Source: Patescibacteria group bacterium (GTDB lineage: Bacteria; Patescibacteriota; 4484-211). From it: a DNA stretch of 15,929 nt. The notes below the pieces were generated by a model that was not told the DNA's origin, ran no database searches, and saw only the letters and a program-made list of their open reading frames with translations. The stretch is taken from positions 1 through 15,929 of the forward strand of contig JAHJGY010000077.1 in the NCBI GenBank assembly GCA_018824115.1, given 5' to 3'. A program made the translations under genes and the position numbers. Of this stretch, positions 15,080 to 15,929 are shown piece by piece; position 1 is the stretch's first letter, and every line of letters begins with the position of its first letter.

Positions 15080-15929
15080 TGCAGGAGAAAGAATTTCAAA
15101 AAGTTAGACTGTCGGTCTTAGCATTTATTTTTATTATCTCGTCTTTACTTTTTTCCTTCCCCCGGCCTACGCAAACACTTTTTAGGGGCGCGGATTTAAA
15201 AGTATCTCAGGAGCCGATCCACGCCGCCCCGGCTGTTTTTCCTTATCAAACCAAAAAAGTCCAGGTTCCCGAGGTTACGGCTAAGGGTGTTTTAGTGCTG
15301 GAACCAGATAGCCATACAATTCTGTGGAGTAAAAACGAGGGTCAGCAATTACCAATGGCCTCGCTAACTAAATTAATGACCGCGTTAGTAGTTTGGGATA
15401 ACTTATCGCTAGCGCAGGAAGTAGTCGTTCCCAGTCTTAAAAGAGATGATTCCCCGGCTCAGCTGGGTTCTGTAATGGGGTTAAATGACGGAGAGCGGGT
15501 AACGGTAGAAACACTACTCTGGGGCATGCTGGTGAATTCGGGTAATGACGCCGTGGGCGTTCTGGTAAATGCTTTTCCCGGCGGCCAGCAGGCTTTTGTC
15601 GTGGAAATGAATAAAAAGGCCCGACAGTTAAATTTGGATCAAACACACTATACTAACCCAACAGGCTGGGATAACAAAGATCATTATTCAACAGTTGAGG
15701 ATTCAGCTCATCTGGCGGTGTATTTTTTAAGAAATCCCACGCTGGCCTCGATTGTTTCTACCGAGAGTAAGGTGGTTACTTCGGTACTAATCGAAAATCC
15801 TGAGCAGGGTCGAAGGATTGAGCGGTGGTATCACCTAAAGAACACTAATCCTCTGTTAGGAGAGGTGCGTGGTGTAATAGGGGTAAAAACCGGCTATACA
15901 GAGCAGGCCGGGGAATGTTTGATAACGTA
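15079..15929 (+). CDS. D-alanyl-D-alanine carboxypeptidase (PBP5/DacA-like, S11 peptidase), 5' partial; runs off the window end
   Basis: This ORF is not in the ORF track because it has no stop within the window. Its translation starts MQEKEFQKVRLSVLAFIFII, an N-terminal anchor. It has the SxxK motif ASLTK, the SGN motif SGND and the KTG motif KTGYT. Its start overlaps the aspS stop as TGATG. Confidence 0.85.
   Translation, partial: MQEKEFQKVRLSVLAFIFIISSLLFSFPRPTQTLFRGADLKVSQEPIHAAPAVFPYQTKKVQVPEVTAKGVLVLEPDSHTILWSKNEGQQLPMASLTKLMTALVVWDNLSLAQEVVVPSLKRDDSPAQLGSVMGLNDGERVTVETLLWGMLVNSGNDAVGVLVNAFPGGQQAFVVEMNKKARQLNLDQTHYTNPTGWDNKDHYSTVEDSAHLAVYFLRNPTLASIVSTESKVVTSVLIENPEQGRRIERWYHLKNTNPLLGEVRGVIGVKTGYTEQAGECLIT

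Noticed and set aside
15437-15646. Minus-strand 69-aa ORF
   Set aside because: It lies antisense inside the DacA-like carboxypeptidase CDS, which carries the SxxK, SGN and KTG motifs on the plus strand.
1-15929. tRNA, rRNA, CRISPR, IS/transposase or integrase signatures
   Set aside because: The intergenic regions were scanned by eye for T-loop GGTTCGA-type motifs, cloverleaf-sized GC-rich segments, regularly spaced direct repeats and terminal inverted repeats, and none were found. The only repeat families are the short leader hairpin modules and the AATTTTC heptamers.

Overview
The window is a bacterial housekeeping locus at about 45% GC. Almost all genes are on the + strand. Its core is the str ribosomal operon, rpsL, rpsG, fusA and tuf, extended by rpsJ (S10). 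The operon is preceded by a near-consensus sigma70 promoter, TTGACA-16-TGgTATAAT. A convergent minus-strand gene follows immediately after rpsJ and encodes a NYN/LabA-like predicted RNase, so the usual rpsJ-rplC linkage is absent here. Downstream, all on the + strand, are thymidine kinase (tdk), mutS, an endonuclease-type mutL, an ICMT/PEMT-family membrane methyltransferase, a short bacterial-type aspartyl-tRNA synthetase that appears to lack the GAD insertion domain, and the 5' part of a DacA-like D-Ala-D-Ala carboxypeptidase that runs off the window end. The first gene (120-1475) encodes an SPFH/flotillin-like lipoprotein and is a clear compositional outlier: about 60% GC and GC-ending codons, against about 45% for everything else. 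The shift is confined to the CDS. No tRNA, rRNA, CRISPR array or obvious mobile element was seen. Three non-coding signals stand out. First, a family of short GC hairpins (CCGCC-ARAG-GGCGG type) is associated with a recurring CTCATT motif and with a 17-nt start-site block, GGGCYTCATTGAATGCC, shared by rpsL and rpsG and, in truncated form, tuf. Second, nested inverted repeats sit in the divergent NYN-tdk intergenic region, including a perfect 12-bp hairpin and an attenuator-like pair of alternative pairings in the tdk leader. Third, several TGn-extended -10 promoters lie 6-8 nt from their start codons at mutS, the ICMT-like gene and aspS, which suggests leaderless mRNAs. The S12 internal insertion is of the known Firmicutes-like type. 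This points to a monoderm/Terrabacteria-type lineage, but the taxon cannot be identified from sequence alone.
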